NCBI RefSeq assembly: GCF_009914755.1
Contig: NC_060929.1
DNA: 64,000 bases
DNA from: the human T2T-CHM13v2.0 reference genome, Homo sapiens
Reading direction: 5' to 3' (one strand)
This document shows positions 32,730 to 46,148 of this stretch, piece by piece. Each line of letters opens with the position of its first letter. The first letter of the stretch is position 1. The notes under the pieces were generated by a model. It saw only the letters and a program-made list of their open reading frames with translations. It was not told where the DNA came from and did no database searches. Position numbers and translations under genes: made by a program.

Positions 32730-33095
32730 TATCTAAGTCCATTCTGGCTGCTATAACAAAATACTGTAAACGGTGTAGCTTTTAAATAACAGAAATTTAT
32801 TTCTCACAGTTCTGGAGTCTGGAAGTTCAAAATCAAGGTGCCAGCAGATTCTGTATCTCTATATCTGGCGAGGGACTGCTTTCTTATTCAGATGGCGCCT
32901 TTAAGTTGTGTCCTCACATAGTCAAAGGGGAGAACTTTGGTCTTTTCAGCCCCTTATAAGAGCACTAATCCCATTCATGAAGAAGAACCCTCATAACCTA
33001 ATCCCCTCCTAAATGCTCCGCCTCCTAATCCCATTAAATTGAGGATTAGGTTTCAACATATGAATTTGGAGGAGAACACAAATATTCAGGCCATC
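32730..33095 (-). mobile_element. MaLR solo LTR (MLT1/MST-type)
   Basis: gctgctataacaaaatac...aacagaaatttatttctcacagttctggag...aaggtgccagcagattc...ggtttcaacatatgaatttgg. Confidence 0.85.
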
Positions 33096-33744
33096 TGCAA
33101 GGGCCCACAGTTGATTGTATGTTCTGCTGTTCCATCATGAAATTCTTAATAATTGAATAGGGGTCTCACATTTTTATTTTGCACAGGACTCCACAAATTA
33201 TGTGGCCTGGCCAGCTCTGGTCACAGGGTTTGGGGCCCAGCACTTCTACCCACAGTTAGCCTCCAATAACAAAAGGTTTGATATTGGATTTTCTTTGTCA
33301 ACTTCTTTTTACCATCCAGGCTCAGATATAAAACATTTTAATCCCATCTACCCCTAAAATTGGTTATAAGGTATTTTGTTAGTGCTCATTTTATATTACC
33401 ACTTCCTAGCTCAGCAGCTGATTTTCTGCCCAGAGCCTTCAGTCAAGGGAACAGGCTGTCATTTCTTTCTGTTTGACCTAGATTCTTTCTTTAAAAATCC
33501 TAACATAAACTCTTTCAAGATGACTATAATGACTTAAATGGAACTGGAAATCACCTTTCTGCAGCAATATCACTCAAGACATGGGAATAAGGTTTTTATA
33601 AAGCACATTATGTAGCTGAGGAGACAGTGACACTAAACAAATTGAGAAGCATTCAATGCCATATGAAGTCAGTGGATGAATTGTTTGGTAAAAGTTATAA
33701 ATGATATAAATTAATAAATTACTATTTATATCTTTAATTCTCTT

Positions 33745-35400
33745 TAAACTATATACACAATTACCTGGGAGATTCTGATCTCTGCTACTATGATCATTTT
33801 TAGTAGTAAAAAGTCAACATACTTTAAAAAGGGAAAAAGAAATAACTGAAGGATTTTCTGCCTTAGTTGAAGAATATTGTAAACTCAGTGAGATTAGATT
33901 GATTATTCAAGCCCAAGAAGCCCTGAAGTTACTTCCAGTGGAGGCATGTCTTCTGAGGTTACAACTCTGAATTTGGCAGCACTTATATTAGTAACAATAT
34001 GAACATCTTTGATCAAGAATACACTAGACCTTCTCAACAAATAACATAAAATAGAGCTCCCTGAAGTTTCATTTCATTCGGTGATGATGGCTCTCCTTCA
34101 AAAACAGACATTGTCATTCAATGATGCATCAAAATATCTCAAATCCTAAGTGACTGTCAAAAAAAATCCTCTTAAAAGAATCTCAGAAGGATGGAGTCCA
34201 TTTTAGAGGAAAATGAGTTGTGTGGATGAAAAGTTCATCTTTAGGAAAACCTAAAACTGCTTTCCCAAGAAGCCAGAAGGTGAAAATAGCAGTGCAGGAA
34301 CCAAAGGAACAAATAAAAATGTTTAACAACTCTAACATGCAAATGGAACAGGTTGTAAGTAACTGAAAACCACTTATGGTCTCTAATTAGATTAGATTAC
34401 TAGCTCTCTTTAGAATCAGAAAATGGAAGCCACTATTGATAATCTTTATCAATCAAAAGTCGACTTGAAAAAAAACCTCATTGATAGTGTTAACTTAAAT
34501 GTTTCCTTTAATAAGGCTTGAAGAAGAAAAACAAAATATATTTTTAAAGTTTCTGTGAAGAAAATAAAAGAAGCACTTAGAGTTCAAATGGAAAGTTTCC
34601 AAACTGGGCAAACATTTATAGTCTGAAATGCACAGCTTAAAAATGAAATTCAAAAGCCTCAGCTCAAACTTCAGATAGTGCTTGAACTGCATCAAGAACA
34701 CGTAATGCAACTTTGCAGAAAATTAATGGAGGAAGGAATTTACCACTTACAAGAGAGAAACCAAAAAATTTCCCAAAATATATAAAAACATGGCCACATA
34801 CATCTGAAGACAGCTCCTACAGGGAGATGGCTGAAAGCCTGGGGTAAGAATAAGCTCCTTCTATCAAAGGAGTATTCTCTGCCATGAGGAAAAAACTCTA
34901 GAAAGATCGTTGGAGCTTTGTGAACTAACAAGATATTCAAAGAGCCACGAAGAGAAAATGGTCACAACAGTCAAAATTTGGTAGAAGTAGAGTTTAAGTT
35001 TCAGTTTTTTCCAGGTGGCCCCTTTTGTCATTGCTGTTCCACATACAGTCCCAGGCAGAGGCCAGAGAGGATCAGGAGATCCGCTAGACTCTCAGGTCCT
35101 CAGAGAAGGAGGATTGCATTGTGAGGACTCAGGGATCTGGTGTCACATACAGGCTGACAGCTTTCACAGCTGCCGACTCTGAACATCTACAAGACATTTG
35201 ACTGTGTTTTCTCCCTTAAAAATAACTTTATTTCTTTTTTGTTTAATTTCAGTTATTTAATTAATGCTACATTTGCTGTTATTGAAGTTTGATAGAATCA
35301 CATTTTCCCAAAATACTGTTTTGTGAATATAGGTGGTTTAAATGTAATGCTTATGAACATATTATTTCAACTTTCTTGAACCCTCTAGAATTAAACAGTT
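33745..35400 (+). pseudogene. Decayed processed pseudogene of the cTAGE5/MIA2 (CTAGE family) type
   Basis: Collinear, frameshifted peptides matching recalled cTAGE5: WEILISA (33766) ~ WELVICA; KREKEITEGFSALVEE ~ GREKKLALMLSGLIEE; ESENGS (34413) ~ ESENGA; NAQLKNEIQKPQLKLQIVLELHQEHVMQLCRKL (34627) ~ [51 protein letters not shown] (34948) ~ RKENAHNRQKLTETELKF; GRGQRGSGDPLD ~ GRGSRGPGNPLD. No introns. Confidence 0.8.
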
Positions 35401-35569
35401 TAATTGCATTAAACAGGCCACTACTCCTTAAACCGCAAACCACTATTACATGACCAGGTGGAGCCATTTGAAACAGCAAACCATTTTTATATGCTAAGAG
35501 ATGTTATTTAAAATATCTAAAAATAACAATATCTACCTCAATAAGTTTTCATTGGTTTTAAAAGCAACA

Positions 35570-35606
35570 CGCACACATGCAAACACACACACACACACAC
35601 ACACAC
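35570..35606. repeat. (CA)n microsatellite
   Basis: Run of CA units. Confidence 0.9.
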
Positions 35607-36559
35607 TAGTTAAACAATTTTTGTTGGTTTAGCCCTAAATCCATAGATTAATCTGGAAGACTGGACATTTTGCAAGCATTTGCTTTGTGTTTTGTAATTT
35701 CCTTTTAATCTTTGTTATTTTGTTTAGGATACCCTATACTGTTTAAATATTTCTAGGTATTATGAAGTCAAACTAAGAATTTTCACTTAAAAATTAATCG
35801 AATTTACTTATTTTATATCAAATGAATTCATCCCAGATTTTTAATTTAGTTGTTAAGCATTCTGGATGTATTTTTCATAGGAACACTATCAGATCACCAC
35901 TTGAAAAGAACACAGTTTTGAAATTATCTTTCATTTCATGTTGGAGAAGAACACTTGACCAGAAGAGAACAAGGAGGCAGATGGTGGCTTCTGTGAGAAT
36001 GATGAAGAAGACTCACAGACACTTCCAAGGTCTGCAGCATTGGTGTAGTGGTTTCCTATGTCATACTTTCTTTTATGTGAGTCACACTGCATTTATTTGC
36101 CATAATTTCATTTTCATAACATAGGAATGGATCCCAGAGAGAGAGAGATAAAGATTCCTTAAGACTAGTGGGCACAACCTGTGTACAGTAGAAAGATGTG
36201 GTTATAGTGGTGAGAAAGCAGTTGCCTGAGGTAGAATTAACTGAATAGTGAAAGTAAAATGGCAAAGAGTAGGCCTCTCACTGAGGGTTTGGGCTCATCA
36301 AACAAAATCTTGATCCTTTCTGACCTCATTAAGTGTCTTTTCAAGAAGATATGATATCCTCAACGTTTATAGACACTCTGCTGTGCCTTATACTGCCTAT
36401 TCATATATCTAGCTTCAATTTGTTCATTTTTTGCTTGTTTTGGTTTGGTTTTTACTATAATCTTTTCTGGAGACACTAATGGCAGGGCTATGAATTACTT
36501 TTTTTGTAGGAGTCAGAGGGTGAAGCACATCCAAATTGGATCTGTTCGCTGTGGTTTTC

Positions 36560-36998
36560 TTTTTCTTTTTTTTTATTACTATAAGTTCTGGGGTACATGT
36601 GAAAAATGTGCAGGTTCGTTACATAGTTATACACGTGCCATGGTGGTTTGCTGCACCCATCAACCATCATCTACATTAGATATTTCTCCTAATGCTAACC
36701 CTCCATTAGCCCCCCGACCCCCCAACAGGCCCCAGTGTGTGATGTTCCCCTCCCTGTGTCCATGTGTTCACATTGTTCAACTCCCACTTATGAGTGAGAA
36801 CATGCGGTGTTTGGTTTTCTGTTCTTGTGTTAGTTTGCCGAGAATGATGGTTTCCAGCTTCATCTATGTCCCTGCAAAGGATGTGAACTCATCCTTTTTT
36901 ATGACTGCATAGTATTCCATGGTGTATATGTGCCACATTTTCTTTAACCAGTCTATCATTGATGGGCATTTACCTTGGTTCCAAGTCTTCGCTATTGT
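36560..36998 (-). mobile_element. L1 3'-end fragment (L1PA, older)
   Basis: Poly-T then reverse L1 3'UTR/ORF2 end; degenerate TSD TGTTCRCTGTG..TTTT at both ends. Confidence 0.88.
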
Positions 36999-37319
36999 GT
37001 TCACTGTGTTTTAAGAGTCATCTGCCTCTACAGTTTCTCCATTTCTTTTTTGATATTGCTCAAATATTGACAACTGCATAGGAAGATATGTACACTCCTA
37101 TATGTAGATGATTTTTAAAAAGCATTATCTCAAAAGTTACTTTATTTTGCTAACTACTATTAGAATGAATGAGCATATTTCAATTTTTCTTACACAAAAA
37201 TCATTTGGCAGATGTCCTCTCTTAACTAATACAACAAACTATTTTTCCCCCTTTACTTAGGCCTGCATAATGGAACTGTTATTTTGACAGGTTTATGTAA
37301 GGGTAATTATTGGTAAACT

Positions 37320-38368
37320 TTTTGCAAAGTGGCTATAATTATTACCTTCCTGTATTTACCCCCTTTGCAGCTCCTGCCATCAATAGATGGAGTCTGTTTC
37401 TTCGCTACTTGAGTCTGCGTGGCCTTGTACCCTGCTTTTACCAATAGAATGTGTGGAAGTTGCTGTAGGCCAGTGCTGAACCTGGTCCTCTAGAGCAGGG
37501 GTTCCCAACCCCCACACTACAGACTGGTACTGGTCAGTGGCCCATTAGGAACTGGGCTGCACCGCGGGAGGTGAGCAGCAGGTGAGGAAGCGAGGTTTCA
37601 TCTGTATTTACAGCCACTCCTCATTGCTTGCATTATCGCCTAAGCTCTACCTCCTGTCAGATTAGTGGTGGCATTAGATTCTCACAGGAGTGCAAACCCT
37701 ATTGTGAACTGTGCATGCAAGGAATCTAGGTTGCACAGTCCTTATGAGAATCTAATGCCTGATGATATGTCACTGTCTCCTATTACCCCCAGATGGGACC
37801 GTCTAGTTGCAGGAAAATAAGCTCATAATGATTCTACATTATGGTGAGTTGTATACTTATTCATTATATATTACAATGTAATAATAAAATAAATAAAGTC
37901 TACAATAAATGTATTGTGTTTGAATCATTCTAAAACAATCCCCCCATCCCAGTCTGTGGAAAATTTGTCTTCCACGAAACCAGTCCCTGGTACCAAAAAG
38001 GTTGGGCATCACTGCTCTAGAGGGCCTTGCATGTCTGTGATTTCTTTCTCAGGATGATTAAACTCCTTAAGAACAAGCCTGGCTGAGCCTGCTAGAGAAT
38101 GAGAGACCAAGTGGCAAAGTGACAAGAGTGATACCAACTAAGTCTCCAGAGACTGAGAGCCCGGCCCAGATGAGTAAAACTAGCTAAGCCACTTACCTGA
38201 ACGATGGCTAACCGCCAATGCATTAAGAACCCAGCCAAGACGAGAAAACTTGCCTACCTGATCCCAGTTTAAACTGCTGACCTTAAATAGCATGAGCTAA
38301 ATAAATGGCTGTTTCAAAGCACTGCATTTTAGAATGGTCTATTGTATCACAAAAGCTTGCTGATATAG
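37320..38368 (+). mobile_element. MaLR LTR (MLT1-type) split by MER1A
   Basis: atggagtctgtttc...cttgagtctg...ccaatagaatgtg...aaataaatggctgtttcaaagcactgcattttagaatgg...gctgata. Confidence 0.65.
37496..38014 (+). mobile_element. MER1A-type hAT-Charlie DNA transposon
   Basis: TIRs CAGGGGTTCCCAACC / GGTTGGGCATCACTG; exact 8-bp TSD CTCTAGAG at 37488-37495 and 38015-38022; 519 bp. Confidence 0.9.
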
Positions 38369-39361
38369 GAACTAACATTGTTCATTGGTTCATTCTTTCT
38401 TTTATTCAACAAATATTTATTTCTGGCCTACTCAAAGCCAACCCAGGTTTGACACATTTATCCTAATCTTCAGAGGTTTGTTCTCATTTTATAAAGATGA
38501 AATGGAAGGGCAGAGAGATAAATTGACTTGCTGAGGACCACACAACTAGTAGGAGCAGAGCCAGGATCTGAAGCTAGGAATGTTGAAAGGCTCATTAACC
38601 TGCCCCCACCAACAATGTTATCACTAAGAAGGTAGGTTATGAAAAAGTTGATGTTCTCTGGGAGCAATGGAATATTTTAGGCCCAAATTGTCAAACTTAT
38701 GCTCTATTATGACATTGAAGCCATCATGGATCACTTGTTTATGTACTGGAACAGACTTAAGACTAAATTTTGAGAAAAAGTCTGACTTCTTCTGAGAATA
38801 CCACATAGCCACCTCCAAGTAGTTGTTGAATACAAGGCCATTGAAAGCTGGTTAGACTATTTTATTATCACAAAAATACTACCCTTACCATAGACTCACT
38901 ATCTAAAGTATATTTATGTCAATAAATTAAGTAGAATAGCTTCACTTCCTGTCCTCATCCAAAAATGCAAACTCTGCCCAGATAGCAACATTGATTCTAC
39001 TCTTAATGAAGCTCATTAAAAGATGGAATATTTATATATCTAAGTAGGATTGTTTCAGGAAAAGTAATCCAAGTACTGCACGGTTTAGACTTTATTTTAG
39101 AATCATGTTCAAATTCCCCTGTCCATTTGGAAAAGGATGGGGATTAGTCTAACCAACAGTGTTCCATTGGGTCATAAACCTGATGCATGGAATGTATTTT
39201 ACCTAATTACTGCAGGAAATGCTGAGAGCTAGAGATCTACAGAACTCGAAGCCAAAGTTGCAGTTGAAGCCAAGACAATATGGTCCAGAAACAGATACTG
39301 AAATATGAGAATTACGTAGAGAAACCAGAGGAGGGAGATAGTGCATCAAGAGATCAAGTAG

Positions 39362-39741
<380 letters not shown>

Positions 39742-40140
39742 TGAGTAAATAAAATAAAAGTGAGACCTGAAGGGTACATTAAAATGTTAGCCCTTCAGTT
39801 CTCACTTTTATCTTATCTACTCAGCGACTGTCCTCAATCACTGTAACTGAAGCACCTCCCACTCACTTTTAAAATCGATATCATAGATTTGTGTTTCTTC
39901 GCACTTATTACAATTTTATGTATAGGTAATTTACTCAATGTATTACCTATTTCCCTTTTAAACTATAAGTCCTCTAAGGTCAGGGGCCAATCTGTTTTGT
40001 TTATTCCTAGTTTTCTCATAGACCTCAGGACATAGTTGGTGCTCAAGTATTTCTTGAATAAATAAATGTGTAATTACTGATAATCTTAAAAAGGCAAAGG
40101 AAAGAAATAAAAAGCTCTAAAAGCTTTCTACACAGAAGAT

Positions 40141-40304
40141 CAATGCTTCTCAAACATTTATATGCACATGAATCACCTGGTAATGTTGTTAAAATGCAGA
40201 CTTTGATTTAGCAGTTATGGGATAGAGTCTGAGACTGCATTTTTACAAGCCCGCAGGCGATGCCCATGTTGCTGGTGCAGAGACCACACTTTGAAAAGCA
40301 GGGG
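40141..40304. mobile_element. MER5-type MITE
   Basis: ttctcaaac...gaatcacctgg...gttaaaatgcaga...ctgcattttt...gaccacactttga. Confidence 0.75.
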
Positions 40305-41871
40305 CCTAGATCATGATTCATTATGATTGCCATTTCTGATCCAATCTAGCCTTTTTCATAGAGATACTTCGAAAGTGTCTTAAAAAGCTCATTTCCACCT
40401 TTACTCTCAGGCTAATATTGAGGAAATTGCCTATTAAATTATCCAGTGCCTCCTATATGAATCTTAATGTGAAAAATTAAGAAGTTAGAGTTAGGGAACA
40501 TGGTTCCTCCTGAGAAACTTGTATGTTTTCTCCTCTTTTACAAAAATAAATAAATAAACTAAGTAGTTAAGCCTGTATCCTTTTTTATTCCAACCATCAG
40601 TAAATTCAAAGCCAAATTTGTAGCAGAAATATAAAAACTTTGTTGACCTACAGGCCAGAGTATTTCTGTTTTATTTCTCTACTGCTCTTCAATTTCTAAT
40701 TTATATTTCACCTTGTATAGGTGAAATATGTATGTAGCATTTTTAAATAAATATTCATGGAAATGAGAGCAAGCTGAAATTTCAGCAGTTGGTGAATTTG
40801 ATTCAAAGACAAAAAGCATGGCCTAAACAGAGGTAAGAATATCGAGAGAGTTAAATAATAGGGCTGGAACAAAGGACTCCATAGATTAGCCAAACCACTT
40901 ATAAACATTTGCTGTGATATGGGAGCAACACCATAATATTTTGTTGTTATAATATGCCGGTGATAGTAACTAAAATAATCAAGTGAGATTCCAATGCCAG
41001 AGCAATATTGCCAATAACATACACTAGATTTCAATCCTCTGCTAGTCTCTCCTTTGAGACTGTAAGCTCCAAGGCAAAAGGAGAGTCTCTTATTTGTCTT
41101 TGCTCTCCTTAGTGCCTAGACTTGCAGCAGCTGATGTTTTGTAAGTACTTAAATATTTTAGAATGAATTAATGAGTGAAGCTGTTTTCAACCTAAAAAAA
41201 TCAATGTATCACTCATTTTAAGATCTTTATGTACATAAACCGGTAGCTTCTGATTTTTTTTCAGCTGCCCAGGTACATATGCATTTCTCTTCCAAATCAG
41301 GGTATTTTTAATGAATTCCAGTGTTACTTTCTTTGTTAGTATGACAAAATAATGTAGTTTGTTTCTCTATTTTGGTTTTCCAGGCAGTCTTAAAATATAT
41401 ATTAAATAAATCCTTGATCTATCAGAAAATAAATATTCTCTTTTTTCCCAACTTTTATTTTGGGCTTGGGGGGTACATGTGCAAGTTTGCTACATGAGTA
41501 AATTGCATGTTGCTGACATGTGGTGTATGAATGATCCCACATCCAAGTAGTAAGCAAAAATGAATATTTTCTGAGCAAATATTTGATGAATTCTGTTTCT
41601 CAGTTGGATGGTATCTGAAGAATAAGACTGTGAATACAACTGTGAAACACATTCACTTTTTAAAGATGAAATCATGACAAGTTCATTTAGTTTCTCATTG
41701 AAAGATGCACTCTAAACCTACTAGAATTCTTTGAAAAAAATGCTAACATCTATAAACTGGAAGATAAACTTGCAACCCATTCTAAACTAGAAAAATTAAG
41801 CTAAACTTTTCTGACTTATTCCTGATGTGTTGGTTCATTTCTATTTTCTCTATGGTAGGCTCTATGGAGAA

Positions 41872-41950
41872 ATATATACATATACATATATATGTGTATA
41901 TATATATACATATATGTGTGTTTGCATATATACATATATATATATATAAT
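41872..41950. repeat. TA/CA/TG low-complexity repeat
   Basis: atatatacatatacatatatatgtgtatata... Confidence 0.85.
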
Positions 41951-42154
41951 ATTCCAACTTTCTTAGTCTCTACATCCCAAAATCATTAGATAGTCAAAGC
42001 TTCTGTATTTCAAATGTTGGAACATCCAGAAGATTTGGAAGTACAGATGAGGCAGGGGATCTAGGGAGCTCCCTCTCCACCTTACACATTCCAGTCACCA
42101 CATATTTTCAAAGGACTCCTGAAATTTGCCTAGGATGGGCCTAGGTGGAACTTA

Positions 42155-42188
42155 ATACATACATACATACATACATACATACATGCGC

Positions 42189-42253
<65 letters not shown>
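42155..42253. repeat. Compound microsatellite (TACA)n(TG)n(TA)n
   Basis: Three abutting simple repeats, ~100 bp of alternating purine-pyrimidine. Confidence 0.97.
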
Positions 42254-42256
<3 letters not shown>

Positions 42257-42947
42257 AAAATAGAGTTTCTTCCCCCAAGGAGCCAATAATAAATACAGCA
42301 AAAGAGGTAATACATCAATTCAGTCTTAACAAATGCCACAGAAAGCTAGCATGTTCCATAGAGTAAGGAAAGGTAGATCACAACTGATTGATACGATCAG
42401 TGAATGACTCATGGAGAAGGTAGCATTTTAGCATTTAGGGTCTTAAAATGGGCTTGTTTCAAAAGTTATTATGACATGAGTTACATGGAACATTTTATAT
42501 TTGCTAATTGGGTAGAACCCGCAATTCAGCAGGTCATTTTCAATATTTCTATGTGTTGCTACTAATGTTAGGGAAAGCTTATTTGAGCAGCAGAGTGAAG
42601 ACTACAACCCCCATTTTCCACTTTAACCTAATTTTCTTGCCATTATGCCACACTACCTTTCAACTAGTAAAGTATGGGTTATCATATTACTGTTTATATT
42701 TTTTCACTTGCCAAATTTTGGAGTCTATCGAAAAATCACATTAACAAAAATAAACCTCCCATCTCCCACTCAGAAAAAAAAAAAAAAGCAGATGAGCAAA
42801 GTTGGCAGTGGATTCGCTTTCAAACTATTACTGAACAACATTCAAAAATTCTAATAATTAACATTTCTGAACACTTACTTTAAGCAAGGATCTCCATTAA
42901 GCACCTTATAAATGCATCACTTCATTTAATCATCACAACCGTCCTAA

Positions 42948-43268
<321 letters not shown>

Positions 43269-43744
43269 TAATTAATCTCTTATACAGATGAAGATGCTTA
43301 GGTGCATGAAATTAAGAACTTACCCACTATCACCCACGGAAAAAGAGAAGAGTTGGGGTTTGAATCCACGCAAGAGCCCACGCCCTTAATCATTAAGCTA
43401 CCAAGATATAACTCTGTAGATGGGAAACCATATCTATTAACTGGCTCTGGAATTTTAAAAGGCAATTTTATAAGTTACAAAAATAGATATGGATAATTAT
43501 TTATTCAATGGAGCTGACTCACAATTCAGAACACCCAATGTGATTTATTCTTTGGTTGGGGAAACAATTATTGATCCGGTGTTGATTCATGTTCTGGAAA
43601 CCACATGAAAATACCTAAGCAGCCGCAGATGCTGAGCGGAGCTGGGCCAAGTTGGTAAGAACTGCTGGTGGTAGGAGCTCCAGCATAGCGCACAGGGCGG
43701 GCCCAGAGAAAGGCGGGCCCATTGTTGGGGGATTCGGCTTCCGG

Positions 43745-43825
43745 AGGAGGGGACAGCATTCAGGGGTGTACCAGGCCCCAGAGGCAGCGGAAAGGGAGAC
43801 TGTGGGGAACTAGGAGCAACAGCAG
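43745..43825 (+). other. CCDC152: Probable non-coding exon 1 of CCDC152 (5' end approximate)
   Basis: Donor-like CAG|GTACAC at 43825/43826 downstream of the GC boxes; the next exon starts 2 nt before the ATG, so an upstream exon is required. Confidence 0.6.
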
Positions 43826-43846
43826 GTACACTCCAAATTCTATTGA

Positions 43847-44164
43847 CGGTTCGAAATTCCCGCTTTCTCCATAGAGATTCCTTTCTTCATATTTCATTAC
43901 AGTGCTCTGGGTCCATTACAGGCTTTTCTTTTCAGACACCTCTCTCACATCCGCGGGTCCTCGGCCCCCATCCTTTATTTTTGCTAGGCCGCTAAGGACG
44001 CTAGAAAGCGATTCGAAACTCCCGCTTTTTCCATAGAGATGCTTTTCTTCTTATCTCCTTACAGTGCTCTGGGTCCATACAGGTTTTTGTCTCAGGCACT
44101 TCTCTCACATCCGCGGGTCCTCGGCCCCCATCCTTTATTTCTGCTAGGTCCCTAAGGACACTAG
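43847..44164. repeat. Two-copy tandem duplication, period ~162 bp
   Basis: ttcgaaattcccgctttctccatagagat... (43850) and ttcgaaactcccgctttttccatagagat... (44012); 40 bp identical at 43941-43980 and 44101-44140. Confidence 0.95.
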
Positions 44165-46061
44165 GATGACGGAGAGGGAGCCAGGGGACCCAGGCTTCAG
44201 GACTGAGAGTGAATTCTTGAGGGGAGGTGAGGAGGAAAGAGGAGGGACCAGAGCGTGGGGCAGGCGAGCGGCGAAGGACCAACTGTGTGGGGTAGGGGAG
44301 AGGACGAGCCCCGGGACTCAAGCCAGCAGACAGGAGGACCCAAAAGGAAACGGAACTGTCACGCTCCTGTGGGGATGGTTGAAGCCAGCAGGCAAGAAGA
44401 CAAAGAAGGAAATGGGACTTTCACTTGCCTGTGGGGACGGTTGAAGCTGAGCCTTGAAGGTCACAAATCAGTCTCTGCGGCTCACTAAGGAATTTGACAA
44501 GCACTGAATCACCAGCTTGACACCGAATTTCACAGGGCAAGACCATATTCACTGAAAGGATCTTGACCTAAGAAATCAGAAGAGCAGGCAATGAAGATAC
44601 CTAGAAATGAATTGCCTGGCTCTGCCATTATGGCAAAAGGGATATCATGCAACGATAGCAAATGGAATATTAGTGATGGTTTTACAAGGAAATAACAGGG
44701 TCTTCTTTGGGGGAAGGAGTTGAGAGAAAATCAAGCTCAAATTTAAATGCATTTATTTCAAGAGCCAGATTCTGAGACAAAACCCTAGTAAAACCTTTTT
44801 TATTTAAAAGGTTAGGTACCAAAAAAAAAAGGTGGGGGTGGAGGGAGTTTCCATTAACTACTTCAGATTACTATGTAGCACTATTAAAGAATAACAGTAC
44901 TATCAAACAGCAATTATTTTTAATTTTACTCCAAAAGGAATTTTACTGTATCATGGGAGGCTATTAACAAATATTTTTCTGCTGTAAGGATCAAGTTTTA
45001 ACTATTTAAGGGATTTTATATGTAGTTGTGCTTGCATATGTCATACATAAGATAATAATTCGAGATAATAATTCAAGAAACAAAATATACAGCCAAAAAT
45101 CTGAGATTTAAAAACCATTAATAATTGCTAATGCAAAATATTTCAAAAGAAGAAAATGAGATATCTTGATGAAATAACATATTGTCAAGCAATATCTGTT
45201 TTGGTTAACTTCCTTTTAAACAATAATATGCCCCCAAATTGCTTTGAGTAACTACATCAGGAATTTTACTTACATTTTACTTTGGACTAGTTACCGCTTT
45301 CACACACCATACATTGGTTCATGTTTTTTCCTCAACCTAACATCCCTGAATTTCAAACTTGTATTTTCCCTTTCTTCTTTGCTATAGAAAAATCTAAAGA
45401 CAAGTGTCTCATACTTGTTTACATTACATCTGAAGATGTAAACTCATCCAGTCAGAATGGATAAATTGACTTTTGCAAAATAGCCAGCATTTACATTCTG
45501 GGATTCTGAAGAAGTTCTTATGATTGATTTCATAGGACTAAAACTGAAACTCTTATTCTTCAGCAGTTAGCTGGCTATCCCCAAAGGTTAATCCCTTATA
45601 CAAAATTACAAGACAATAGAAATGCAGAGAGATTGCTTTGAGCACATTAACTTCCATGCATCTTTTATTTACCAGTTTACCAAACAAAATATAAGAAATA
45701 AGCATAACAGCAGAAAACATCTGTGACATGATAGTTAAACAAGTATTTTTAACATCTTTAATTAAGAATAATTACAGTTAAAAGTCATGCCTCAGATTTA
45801 ATATTGCATTAGGTTTTAATGCAGTAAAGAAACAAATATAAATAAGTCAACTGGGGTGTGGGTGGTAAGGAGTGGAAAAGACAATGCATTTGACCACTGT
45901 TAATATTGGTTATAACAAAAATTCTCGCAGTGCAATGGAGCCCAAGTAGGTGCCCTATGAGTTGAATATAGAAATGTTAGTATTTGAGCTATGAACACTA
46001 TTGTGGTGCTTTAGATCTTATTTATTTATTTAACACTATCTACTGTTTACTACTTTCAGGC

Positions 46062-46148
46062 ATGGACCAAAGCAGTGAAGGATGTATGAAAAAGATTAGC
46101 AGTGTGAATCTTGACAAACTTATAAATGACTTCTCACAGATAGAAAAG
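46062..46148 (+). CDS. CCDC152: CCDC152 first coding exon
   Basis: tttcAG acceptor (46058-46059), GC-ATG, MDQSSEGCMKKISSVNLDKLINDFSQIEK, GTatgt donor; phase 0. Confidence 0.9.

Larger units (their letters stand above)
43600..44450 (+). promoter_or_regulatory. CCDC152: GC/CpG-rich promoter region of CCDC152
   Basis: The only non-repeat CpG-enriched stretch in the window; GC boxes (GGGCGG ~43695, GGCGGG ~43712); lies 2.2 kb upstream of the ATG exon. Confidence 0.75.

Noticed and set aside
43847-44164. Possible CRISPR-like or ncRNA array
   Set aside because: Only two ~162-bp units, no repeat-spacer structure, eukaryotic context; kept as a tandem duplication.
44001-44488. Overlapping 77-106 aa ORFs in the GC-rich region
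   Set aside because: GC-rich DNA is depleted of stop codons; the peptides resemble nothing I recognise.
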